Below are positions 9,160 to 17,794 of a stretch of DNA of 40,391 nucleotides, piece by piece. This stretch comes from a virus (taxonomy: Duplodnaviria; Caudoviricetes): the IMG/VR virus record IMGVR_UViG_3300038974_000627, positions 1 through 40,391 of that record. One strand, written 5' to 3'. A program made the position numbers and the translations under genes. The stretch's first letter is position 1. Each line of letters starts with the position of its first letter. The notes beneath the pieces were generated by a model. It had not been told where the DNA came from. It saw only the letters and a program-made list of their open reading frames with translations, and did no database searches.

Positions 9160-11205
9160 TTATTGGCGTTCAATTTTCTCATAGAATGCCCTTACTTCCT
9201 CAATGCTTGTTGAGCGATTGTGTATTGGCAGCGAGGCCCATGTGATATCGTGATAACGTTCCGCCGGCTTGTCCCTTAGTCTGCTGTCTATGATTGATAC
9301 TATCCCGGTATCAGAGTCATTACGAATAAGTCTCCCAATGCCTTGCTTTAACTTGATAATCATTTCTGGGACGCGCACTTCCATCAAATCATCTTTTGCG
9401 ATAGAGGCTTTGTACTCAATAATGGGGTCTGGCACCGGAAAGGGCAATCGGAAGATTATGAGGTTGGACAGGCTTTTACCTTGGATGTCAATGCCCTCCC
9501 AGTATGAACCCGTGCCAAGAAGCACAGAATTGACATCGTTTTTGAACTCGTCCAGCACGCGCTCCTGTGATGACCCCGACTGTTGAATCAAGATATTATA
9601 CGGAAGCTGCCTTTTCTGAAGATTTGCATACACCTCTTCCATATCGGTCTTCGCCGTGAAAAGCACTAAAGCCTTACCATGTGATATGTTTAACACCTGA
9701 ATAAGCCTCTCAACACCCAATTCAATAAAAGCCTCATGCTCCCTCGTGGGATGCGGTAGGTCATCGCAGTAGTAAATCATAGCATGCTCATCATAAGGAA
9801 ATGGTGAGGGCTTTGGCTCAGAGAGAAAGCCTGAACCATCCAGAGGGAAACCCGTATTTTGAATAAAGAAAGCATATTGTTCGTTAAGACTACCCTCTGC
9901 GGTGTTAGCTAACGTTGCGGAAGTAAGAATTGTTTTAACGGTGCCGCTGAAATACAGTTTATGGATGATTTGATTTGTGTTTTTTGGACAGAAAACAAGA
10001 TCAGCGTTATTCCCGTGTCGCTCCAACCAAATAAGGTTATCATCAAGTGCGCCGCAAAGTGCTGAAAAAGACTGTGCAATAGACGATAAGTCATCTGACG
10101 CCGAATTGCTACTCTCTCGCCATGCATTTCTGCTGCCAAAGATTTGTACGGAGCTGGCGAGGGATTCCAAGGCGGTAGTCGCCTTGTGAATGAGGTCAAC
10201 TGCGTTACCGGTATCATGAAAGAAAAAACGCTCGGCGTATTTCATGTCCTGCTTTGCGTCATTGATCTGCTGCTTCATCTGCTGGTTTAGATTCTGGAAC
10301 AACGCGCGGATAGCCCTGCTTGCACCAGTCACTTGATACTGGACATACTCCCGTTCCTCACTGCGTACTTCGCGCTCCGCAGCAGAGATCGTGTTTAGAA
10401 TCCCTGCTTGCCCAAACCGCTCTGTTGTAGCGTTCCGAACCTTTTCCTCAAGATTGTGCGCCTCATCAACAACAATAATCCCGTCCTCTGTATTCAAGAA
10501 GCCCTCTTGACCACGACTAAGCCGAAAAAGGTGGGCGGTCAATAGATCCTGATTGCAGAGAGTAATGCCATCAGAATACCTCAGATCATCCCGCAATTGG
10601 TAATATTGGCAATAGTCCCGGTGCGCACACGCCATGCAGCTCCGCTTGTTAAACCTTGATATATTGATCTTATCCCAAATAGCCGAAGGCACGGCGCAGG
10701 TAAAGCTGCGCCGGTCATGATGCCCAGACTTCATGCATTCCTCAATTACATCGACCATCTCTGCCCCTGGAGTAAGCAAATAAGCCTCTGCTCGTTTCGA
10801 GCAGAGATAATGTGCTTGACCTTTTGCCAGGATCACATTCGTTTGAATTCCGAGGAGATCCTTCAGACGACCAATATCCTTAAGAAGCTGCTCTTGTAAT
10901 GCAATCGTAGATGTAGCAATCACGATGGGCACACTGGTTTTTTGGCAGTACAGCAGCAACGGAACGGAGTATGCGAACGATTTCCCAATACCAACACCTG
11001 CTTCTACCGCAATGTGCTGATTATTCTTGATGGCATCGAGTATTTCAAATGCCATCTCCTGCTGCCCTTCCCGTTCCTCAAAGTGGAACTTTGACGGGGC
11101 ATCATCCCAAAAGAACTTCGTGACAATCTCGCTGATACCATAGAGTTGTGCCTGACGTCGTTTTTTCCGTTCCTCCGGAGTATTAAACCCAAAATACAAA
11201 CTCAC
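9160..11205 (-). CDS. DinG/XPD-family ATP-dependent helicase
   Basis: Q motif REGQ, EAGVGIGKS, DEAH, TSATL, WEGID, LPFPVP and QGIGRLIR. Cys cluster (YLC..C..C..C) compatible with an Fe-S site. Confidence 0.93.
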   Translation of the reverse strand: MSLYFGFNTPEERKKRRQAQLYGISEIVTKFFWDDAPSKFHFEEREGQQEMAFEILDAIKNNQHIAVEAGVGIGKSFAYSVPLLLYCQKTSVPIVIATSTIALQEQLLKDIGRLKDLLGIQTNVILAKGQAHYLCSKRAEAYLLTPGAEMVDVIEECMKSGHHDRRSFTCAVPSAIWDKINISRFNKRSCMACAHRDYCQYYQLRDDLRYSDGITLCNQDLLTAHLFRLSRGQEGFLNTEDGIIVVDEAHNLEEKVRNATTERFGQAGILNTISAAEREVRSEEREYVQYQVTGASRAIRALFQNLNQQMKQQINDAKQDMKYAERFFFHDTGNAVDLIHKATTALESLASSVQIFGSRNAWRESSNSASDDLSSIAQSFSALCGALDDNLIWLERHGNNADLVFCPKNTNQIIHKLYFSGTVKTILTSATLANTAEGSLNEQYAFFIQNTGFPLDGSGFLSEPKPSPFPYDEHAMIYYCDDLPHPTREHEAFIELGVERLIQVLNISHGKALVLFTAKTDMEEVYANLQKRQLPYNILIQQSGSSQERVLDEFKNDVNSVLLGTGSYWEGIDIQGKSLSNLIIFRLPFPVPDPIIEYKASIAKDDLMEVRVPEMIIKLKQGIGRLIRNDSDTGIVSIIDSRLRDKPAERYHDITWASLPIHNRSTSIEEVRAFYEKIERQ

Positions 11206-11238
11206 TGTCAGTCCCCTTATCTATCACTTCATTCAAAT

Positions 11239-11270
11239 GCGGCTCTATTAGTAATAAGCAAAAGAGCCGC
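11239..11270 (-). terminator. Hairpin between the alpha-CTD-like gene and the DinG gene
   Basis: GCGGCTCT pairs with AGAGCCGC. U-tract is weak. Confidence 0.4.
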
Positions 11271-11275
11271 CTTGG

Positions 11276-11698
11276 TCAAGCTGATATCTGCGGTGCTCTT
11301 GCGGCCTTCACGAGCGTCCTTCGTTCCCTTGCTCGGATTCTGGCGCGTTCACGCTTTTTTACTCTCTCTTCTTCCTCGAGTTGTGCAAGTTCCTCTTCCC
11401 AGCGCTTGCGCTCTGTGTCATTATAGCATCTGATACAAGGCTCGACAGAGTCGTATCTATCCCGGCCATAACCCTTCAGCCTTAACCCGAGACCGTCCAG
11501 AGCTTCTACCATTTCCCTGAACATTAATCGAGAAAACGGATTAAGGTCATTGAAATAGATGACCTCCTTCTCAAGTAGTTGCCCTATATATTCAATGCCA
11601 GCTTTTTTAAGCTGCTTGTATGTAAAGATTCGAAGATCAAGCTCTTCAATCTCCCACTCGGCAATATTATCCGGGCGGTTTAGATAATGCTGATACAT
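11276..11698 (-). CDS. RNA polymerase alpha-CTD-like domain protein
   Basis: IEELDLRIFTYKQLKKAGIEYIGQLL...L..LGLRL resembles the alpha-CTD consensus IEELDLSVRSYNCLKRAGI..V.DL. Charged helical tail. Confidence 0.75.
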   Translation of the reverse strand: MYQHYLNRPDNIAEWEIEELDLRIFTYKQLKKAGIEYIGQLLEKEVIYFNDLNPFSRLMFREMVEALDGLGLRLKGYGRDRYDSVEPCIRCYNDTERKRWEEELAQLEEEERVKKRERARIRARERRTLVKAARAPQISA

Positions 11699-11701
11699 CC
11701 C

Positions 11702-12337
11702 TTACTCCTTATCTGCCTTCAAGCATTCACGATACTTCTTTGGTGTGTACTTTGCCCTGGCCGCAAAAACGGAGTCCATAAAGGTTCGTGCCGACTCTTC
11801 TATAATAAGCTCAGCATCGTTTCTCAGCTCGGCAAAAGTTATCGGTGCAGTGTCCAGTCCGAACAGGACATCGTCAATGAAAGCTTCTGCCTGTTTCTTG
11901 TACCGCCTTGGTAATTCAGCGCTGACTCGTCCAAGGAACTGCTCAACGGTCTCGCGCAGATCTCCGTTGCGAAGGCTTTGAATCTGCTCGGCGGTGAAAT
12001 AGATAGGCTCAGTTTCATCGAAAGGAAACTCCTCTCGCTCCTGTGCAGCATATCTGCTCCAAAACTCACGGTCACGATCTTCATCAGAGCATCTGCATGA
12101 AGCTGTGACCATAGTTGTTTTTCCTGTCCCTTTAGCCCTATAGCCAACAGGCAGGATCGGATAGGCCCGATGCGCATCTGCCCGAGACGCATTCTCTATA
12201 TATTGGACAGAACCATCGGTCAGTGTCTGCGCATAATACACCGTTTGTTTGCACTGGTCGGCGGCATAGCTGCGCCGCAACTCGGTAATACGCGATGAAA
12301 AGTCTGTTGCTTGTGCGTTTGAAATGGTGTTTGTCAT
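11702..12337 (-). CDS. Hypothetical protein
   Basis: ORF with AGGAGG RBS before ATG 12337. Confidence 0.7.
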   Translation of the reverse strand: MTNTISNAQATDFSSRITELRRSYAADQCKQTVYYAQTLTDGSVQYIENASRADAHRAYPILPVGYRAKGTGKTTMVTASCRCSDEDRDREFWSRYAAQEREEFPFDETEPIYFTAEQIQSLRNGDLRETVEQFLGRVSAELPRRYKKQAEAFIDDVLFGLDTAPITFAELRNDAELIIEESARTFMDSVFAARAKYTPKKYRECLKADKE

Positions 12338-12362
12338 AAGCCCACCCTCCTTTTCGCTGTGC

Positions 12363-12425
12363 TTGTCTTTCAATGAACCAGCGGCCCCTGACTATATCGG
12401 CATGATTGGTGCGGATCTCATAAAG
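12363..12425 (-). pseudogene. 3' remnant of a paralog of the 12836-13126 gene
   Basis: Translates LYEIRTNHADIVRGRWFIERQ, which aligns without gaps to FYETSTDQTGPVKGRWFVERR (10/21 identical). Confidence 0.65.
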
Positions 12426-12443
12426 GGATTTCGCGAAGCCGTT

Positions 12444-12809
12444 TCAGCTCTGTCCAATGAAATCCTGAAGCATTATATATGGCTTTCCGGGTATCTTCGT
12501 GTTCATTTCGTCTTTTAACCGCGAATCTCTTTCGCAGGATGTATATCTTGAGCAAGTATTACAAAAGTAGGCGACGATATAAATATCAGCAGGAGCACAC
12601 GCTTCCTGTGTGTGGGTAACCTTGACATGTGGATACTGCACCTGTAGCATTTTTAGAATCGGTGCGGCATGAGCCTCAATTTCATGATATGAAAGAATAA
12701 ACTCGTCAACACCTTGCTGAGTAATCAGAGACAAAAGCGCCTTGTTCAAAGCGTCTATTTCCTGCTCATGGATGCCCTGATCGATCTTGGCAATAAATGC
12801 AGCCTTCAC
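12444..12809 (-). CDS. Hypothetical protein
   Basis: 121-aa ORF co-oriented with its neighbours, with GGGAG upstream. Confidence 0.55.
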   Translation of the reverse strand: MKAAFIAKIDQGIHEQEIDALNKALLSLITQQGVDEFILSYHEIEAHAAPILKMLQVQYPHVKVTHTQEACAPADIYIVAYFCNTCSRYTSCERDSRLKDEMNTKIPGKPYIMLQDFIGQS

Positions 12810-12835
12810 CCCATTGAACAGCTCCCTTCGATGGT

Positions 12836-13126
12836 TTATTTGTAGCCGTTATCTCGGCGTTCGACAAACCAGCGTCCTTTCACCGGGCCGGTTTGGTCTG
12901 TGGAGGTCTCATAAAAGAGATAGCTTTGCTTTCCCGCGATTTGCACCGTATATCGATCACCCTGTCCACCGGCTTTCAGTGCCGGTGCGGGACGCACGTC
13001 CATAACCCGGTCGATGGTGTACGTCTCTCCGTCTTCCCATTTGATTCGAAACGGCTGCATCTTGCCGTCAGCTCCGTAGGCGACAATTACAGGAACATAT
13101 ACCTTTGCGCTGTGCTCACCAGCCAC
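12836..13126 (-). CDS. Small beta-rich protein of the type often encoded near dinB in Clostridia
   Basis: KVYV.V...DG..P..I.WEDG..Y.IDRV...LKAGG.G.RY...W(F)VE pattern, recognised from memory of this family. Confidence 0.75.
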   Translation of the reverse strand: MAGEHSAKVYVPVIVAYGADGKMQPFRIKWEDGETYTIDRVMDVRPAPALKAGGQGDRYTVQIAGKQSYLFYETSTDQTGPVKGRWFVERRDNGYK

Positions 13127-13366
13127 TTATATCACCTCTATGCTCTCTCCCTTAACAGCGGGGCTTGCCCTATCAGCAGAGAAGAACTCCTGAATCGTGA
13201 TACCCAGGCCAACGCAAACAAGCTCTATGGTATCTACGGAGAGCTGCCCCTTCTTTCTGCTGGATGCCTTGATCGTCGAGTAGTTGATCCCGCTAATTTG
13301 TGCCAAGCGATAAAGCGAGATGCTCCGCTTATCGGCCAACTCCTTAACCCTTGCTAATGTGTCCAT
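13127..13366 (-). CDS. Small XRE/Cro HTH protein
   Basis: SLYRLAQISGINYSTI...TIELVC..LGITIQEFF. Confidence 0.88.
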   Translation of the reverse strand: MDTLARVKELADKRSISLYRLAQISGINYSTIKASSRKKGQLSVDTIELVCVGLGITIQEFFSADRASPAVKGESIEVI

Positions 13367-13462
13367 CTACTAAGGTTACCCTCCTCCCTTAAACCAACCG
13401 AAAGTTAATGTCCCGTTGTATGTCTATATCCTACGCGCTATGATGTCCGATAAACAGTACAA

Positions 13463-14302
13463 TTAGTGCAGCACACGGCCAACAATTGTAAACTCTGAAC
13501 TGGCTGAGATTACCCGCGGTCTGTATTTTTTGTTATACGAGATCAGAACCGGCTGCCTGCGAACCTCACCATAGCTGTCGGCAAAGTCATCAATTTCATC
13601 GTCATCCGCATCCTGCTCACCGAGAACTTTCAGCAAGCCCTCTCCATCGACTATGAAGATACCCACTTCGCCAACTTGCAGGTCAGTGGTTTTCTCAACC
13701 CAGACGATCTGATTGTCGCTGTAAATCGGTTCCATGCTATCACCGTTGATCCGCAGAGCAAAGTCCGCTCCAGCAGGCACAGATGAAGCTGGGAAACTCT
13801 CCATTTCAAATTGTTCCTCGCCCAGATACTCGCCGAGGCCAGCAGAAACGGAAAGATAGCTGAAAGGCATCTCAATGTATTCGACGGTATTCTCTTCGAC
13901 GGAGGACAACGGCATATACCGACCGGTAGCCAGTAGGTCTGCCTTGTACGCATCGAGCTTCTTCAGCCCTGTATCGTTTAATTCGGGGCGATAGTCTGCG
14001 CAGAGGGACAGGCAGTTCTCAATGTCAAGAACCCGGCAAACGGCAAGAAGCTGATATGGGTTCATCATGGTCTCTCCGCGCTCCCATTTCGCAATCGCAC
14101 TGCTTCCGACTTTGAGGCCATGTCTCTCAAGTTGCTTGCTGACACTTACCAAGCTGAAGCCCTTCCTATGACGGGCTTCAGCTATTTTTTTGCCTATAAC
14201 ATTGTCCTTTCGCTCAGCATCGGCATTATAGAATCTCGACCTCGCCGAATTAAGCGCGATAACCTTAGAACGCTGCGGCTTCTCTTTATCGCTGTTAGCC
14301 AT
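13463..14302 (-). CDS. LexA/CI-like repressor (XRE HTH plus S24 peptidase)
   Basis: HTH (AIAKWERGE), Ala-Gly cleavage site VSAGLG, catalytic GDSMEP and LLK. Start at ATG 14302. Confidence 0.92.
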   Translation of the reverse strand: MANSDKEKPQRSKVIALNSARSRFYNADAERKDNVIGKKIAEARHRKGFSLVSVSKQLERHGLKVGSSAIAKWERGETMMNPYQLLAVCRVLDIENCLSLCADYRPELNDTGLKKLDAYKADLLATGRYMPLSSVEENTVEYIEMPFSYLSVSAGLGEYLGEEQFEMESFPASSVPAGADFALRINGDSMEPIYSDNQIVWVEKTTDLQVGEVGIFIVDGEGLLKVLGEQDADDDEIDDFADSYGEVRRQPVLISYNKKYRPRVISASSEFTIVGRVLH

Positions 14303-14332
14303 ATTTTTTCCCTCCTGAAGCAGTATGGCTAA

Positions 14333-14425
14333 ATTATATACCGGGGGAAACACTCTTGTCAATTATTTTATGTCCCGATAGGACAATTATTTAGAATTGA
14401 CGGAGCGTATTACGCTCACTATAAT
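14333..14425. promoter_or_regulatory. Divergent sigma-A promoters with two palindromic operators
   Basis: Plus strand: TTGACG (14397) -17 nt- TATAAT (14420). Minus strand: TTGACA (14362-14357) -18 nt- TATAAT (14338-14333). Palindromes TGTCC-N5-GGACA (14371-14385) and GAGCGTA-T-TACGCTC (14403-14417). Confidence 0.85.
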
Positions 14426-14465
14426 GAAAGCACAAACCGCCAATAGAATGGTGATGAAGACTCCT

Positions 14466-15707
14466 ATGACACAGAGGGTGATACTTCACAGCGACCTGAA
14501 CTGTTTTTATGCGAGCGTTGAGATGATGCTCAATCCGGCTCTGCGAAATAAAGCCGTTGCCGTATGTGGCTCCACGGAGTCCCGGCACGGAATTGTTCTT
14601 GCCAAATCGGAGCTTGCCAAGAAAAAAGGTGTTAAAACCGGCATGGTAAATTGGGAGGCGCGGCAGTGCTGCCCAGGGATTATCATGGTGCCTCCCCAGT
14701 ATGACGAGTATCTCAAATACTCTAAGCTTACCAGATCCATCTATGAGCGATATACCGATCAGGTTGAAGGATATGGCATGGATGAATGCTGGGTCGATGT
14801 CAGCGGCAGCCGGACGATGTTTGGCGACGGTATGAAAATAGCCGAAGAAATTCGTGAGACAGTAAAAGCAGAGCTTGGCCTCACAGTAAGCATCGGTGTG
14901 TCATACAACAAGATATTTGCTAAGTTAGGCAGCGACATGCGAAAGCCGGATGCCATTACCGCTATATCTGCCGATGACTATAAAGAAAAGATATGGCCGC
15001 TTCCAGCTTCAGACCTTCTCTATGTTGGCATGGCGACGACGAAGAAGTTCGCAAGCTATGGCATTCAAACCATCGGAGACATCGCCAACCAGTCGCAGGA
15101 TTTTCTAAAGAGGCTCCTTGGCGTCAACGGCCTTGCCCTCTGGAGTTACGCAAACGGTCTGGACTCCTCACGCGTGATGCCCGGAGATTATGAATCCCCG
15201 GTAAAGAGCGTCGGCCATGGCATTACCTGTAATGCTGACCTCGACAATAACTATGAGGTTTGGCGCGTAATGCTGGAGCTGTCGCAGGATATCGGCCACA
15301 GGCTGCGGCTCCACTCCCTGACGGCCAGAGGCGTTCAAATCACCATCCGCGACAATGACCTGTTCTTCAAGCAATACCAAGCCCCCTTGGAGTCGCAAAC
15401 ACAAAGCCCCATGGAAATCGCCTGTAAAGCAAGGCAACTCTTTGAGGCAAATTACCACTGGCAAAACAAAGTCCGCGCCATCACTGTTCGGGCAATCAAT
15501 CTCATCCCGGCAGACACGCCCTACCAGATTAGCATTTTTGAAGACGCAGCCAAGCGGGAGCGGAGAGAAAAGCTCGACTCTGCGGTCGAGGAAATACGCG
15601 GCAGGTTTGGCAAACGGGCAATCTATTCTGCCTGCCTTATGGGTAATTTGAAGATGCCATCAGATGGCCGTGAGAAAGTAGTCATGCCCGGCATGATGTA
15701 CCAATAG
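14466..15707 (+). CDS. dinB: Y-family DNA polymerase IV
   Basis: ILHSDLNCFYASVE, MDECWVD, SIGVSYNKIFAKLGSD..KP and LYVG motifs. Start probably ATG 14466, because the longer ORF start lies inside the promoter. Confidence 0.95.
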   Translation: MTQRVILHSDLNCFYASVEMMLNPALRNKAVAVCGSTESRHGIVLAKSELAKKKGVKTGMVNWEARQCCPGIIMVPPQYDEYLKYSKLTRSIYERYTDQVEGYGMDECWVDVSGSRTMFGDGMKIAEEIRETVKAELGLTVSIGVSYNKIFAKLGSDMRKPDAITAISADDYKEKIWPLPASDLLYVGMATTKKFASYGIQTIGDIANQSQDFLKRLLGVNGLALWSYANGLDSSRVMPGDYESPVKSVGHGITCNADLDNNYEVWRVMLELSQDIGHRLRLHSLTARGVQITIRDNDLFFKQYQAPLESQTQSPMEIACKARQLFEANYHWQNKVRAITVRAINLIPADTPYQISIFEDAAKRERREKLDSAVEEIRGRFGKRAIYSACLMGNLKMPSDGREKVVMPGMMYQ

Positions 15708-15719
15708 GAGGAAGCAAAA

Positions 15720-16082
15720 ATGGATACCGTAACACTTGGCAGCTTCATACGGGACAAGCGGGAAAACCTTGGAAAAACGCTGCGCGGCCTCGCGGCTGAG
15801 TTGGATATCGCAGCTCCGTATCTGCACGATATTGAGAAGGGCAACCGAACTCCGTCCGAGAAACTGCTTCCTTCATTTATCAAAACATTGCTGCTCTCGG
15901 CAGAGGATGAAATAACGCTTTATGATCTGGTCGGAACACGCAGACAGGGGCTGTATCCGGACCTGAGCGCCTATATGCAGCAGTCCAACCTTGCGAGGGT
16001 GGCGCTCCGCAAGGCCCGCGACTGCAACATCCCAGACACAATGTGGATCAAGATAATTGATTCTATCGACAACGGAGGATAG
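15720..16082 (+). CDS. XRE-family repressor (ImmR-like)
   Basis: TLRGLAAELDIAAPYLHDIEKGNR. Adjacent to an HEXXH peptidase gene. Confidence 0.88.
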   Translation: MDTVTLGSFIRDKRENLGKTLRGLAAELDIAAPYLHDIEKGNRTPSEKLLPSFIKTLLLSAEDEITLYDLVGTRRQGLYPDLSAYMQQSNLARVALRKARDCNIPDTMWIKIIDSIDNGG

Positions 16083-16088
16083 GTTATC

Positions 16089-16838
16089 ATGCAGATTCCA
16101 TTAGCGCAGAAAAGCAACGGCATGTACATATTCGGCAGCAAGGATTTTGACGGCGTCGCTGAACTGGTGTTGAAGCAGTATGCGCCATATATGTTTGAAA
16201 AGCCCCAGCCGCTAAGAATAGAGGCGCTGGCCGACGAGGGCTACAGCCTGTCTATCACGGATCGATACTTGTCTCAGCACGGCACTATCCTCGGAATGAT
16301 ATTCTTCGATGATAAAATCGTCCGGGTCGTAAATCTGGACAAGCTGGTAGCAGATGAGCGCTTTATGAGCGGGACCATTGCAATAGACGCCAGACTGCTT
16401 GGCGAGGAACATCAGCACCGCCGCCGTTTTACGGTATCGCACGAGGTAGCCCACTGGATCATCCATCGGCAGATGTACTATGCGGATGGCCCCAAGTATA
16501 ATTTACGGAGAGCCAATCGTTTCATTGCCTGCCGTGTTTCCGATGCCGGCAGAGATAAGCGTCGGGCATATTGGACAGAGGAAGACTGGCAGGAATGGCA
16601 AGCGGACAGGTTTGCCTCGGCCATGCTGATGCCAGCAAGCGTTTTCTATCCAGAAGCGTATGCGGTCATGCATCGCCGCCATGCAGGGCACTACTTGCTG
16701 GGCGACTGTGGCTCCAAGGAAACCGCCGATGTGATTACAGAACTGACGGAAATTTTCGATGTATCCCGCACAGCGGTTCGCATTCGGCTGAAACAAGCTG
16801 GTATTTTACGCTCTGTAGGAGTAATAGTCTGCGATTAG
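16089..16838 (+). CDS. ImmA/IrrE-family metallopeptidase
   Basis: RRRFTVSHEVAH, EWQADRFASAMLMP and FDVS..A..IRL. Confidence 0.93.
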   Translation: MQIPLAQKSNGMYIFGSKDFDGVAELVLKQYAPYMFEKPQPLRIEALADEGYSLSITDRYLSQHGTILGMIFFDDKIVRVVNLDKLVADERFMSGTIAIDARLLGEEHQHRRRFTVSHEVAHWIIHRQMYYADGPKYNLRRANRFIACRVSDAGRDKRRAYWTEEDWQEWQADRFASAMLMPASVFYPEAYAVMHRRHAGHYLLGDCGSKETADVITELTEIFDVSRTAVRIRLKQAGILRSVGVIVCD

Positions 16839-16938
16839 TTTTCTGGCGGGGTGGGGCCCCGCCACCCTTTCACTGTTGTGTTAGCAAGTGCGCTAACGAG
16901 GCTTGGTTTGCCGCTTATGGCTCAAGGGAGGTTTAGAG

Positions 16939-17463
16939 ATGGCAAAAGAAACGGCTGCTTTACGCAAGCATAAAGCGAAAATTGCATCCCTCGGGATGGA
17001 CAGCGATGCGGTGTTCCATAAATCGAAGCTGCTCCTCGCAGTTTACCGCGACGTCACATGGGCAATCAGCGAGCAACTGGAGGAAATCCGTGACCATGCA
17101 TATGAGACGGGCGGACACAATTTGGACGCAGGATTCCGCTATCTTGCAGACTTTGCCCCAGATGTGGAGGCAGACAGATTTGCCGAACGTGTCTGCTGCG
17201 TCTGTGAAACTCGCATGTATATAGACCTCATTGACAGAGCGCTGGTTCGAATGAAGGCCTATCCCGTCTACGGCAACGTCTACTACGAGATTTTGGACAA
17301 GCAGTACATCAGTCGGTTTCCACTGACGGAGCCGGAGCTGTCCGAGGCGCTGAGAATTGAGCGCAGTGTGTTCTATGACAGAAAGAAGGAGGCCCTTCAC
17401 CTGTTTGGCGTTTGCTTGTTTGGATATACACTGCCAGAACTGCGCCGATTGTTTACCGACTAA
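16939..17463 (+). CDS. ArpU/RinA-like transcriptional regulator with C-terminal HTH
   Basis: YYEIL..QY...ELSEALRIERSVFYDRKKEAL. GGAGG before ATG 16939. Confidence 0.65.
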   Translation: MAKETAALRKHKAKIASLGMDSDAVFHKSKLLLAVYRDVTWAISEQLEEIRDHAYETGGHNLDAGFRYLADFAPDVEADRFAERVCCVCETRMYIDLIDRALVRMKAYPVYGNVYYEILDKQYISRFPLTEPELSEALRIERSVFYDRKKEALHLFGVCLFGYTLPELRRLFTD

Positions 17464-17521
17464 ATACCGACTGCATCCCGACTAAGTTCCGACCCTTTAC
17501 CTACTCCCAAGCGACTGTCAA
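17445..17521 (+). repeat. Seven CCGAC-like pentamers at exact 11-bp spacing
   Basis: CCGAT 17445, CCGAC 17456, 17467, 17478 and 17489, CCTAC 17500, GCGAC 17511. Confidence 0.9.
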
Positions 17522-17624
17522 TATGCTACACTGTCCATGCTGGGGAATACTGACTATCCGCCGCAAGACCTGATAACACAGGCCTTGCGGCTGTTTTCTT
17601 CTCTCCAGCCAATACGGGAGCCGG

Positions 17625-17663
17625 AAGGCCGGGCGTGATTAATTATCGCGCCCGGCCTTTTTT
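17625..17663 (+). terminator. Intrinsic terminator in the leader of the sigma-like gene
   Basis: AAGGCCGGGCGTGAT pairs with ATCGCGCCCGGCCTT, followed by a T-run. Confidence 0.75.
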
Positions 17664-17794
17664 GCTGCCCATTTTTGGAGAGTTAGCATGGACAGGCGCT
17701 ATAGGCACACCCGCCCCGGTTGTCGTTCTCCTCCGTCGTTTTGGTTTTCTTCCCCCGCTCCCCGAAAACCAAAAAACGATAAGGAGAATGAACA

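Noticed and set aside
9160-11205. Type IV CRISPR-associated DinG
   Set aside because: No csf or cas genes and no array in the window.
17445-17521. Possible CRISPR or mini-array
   Set aside because: Units are 5 bp with 6-bp gaps, far too short, and there are no cas genes.
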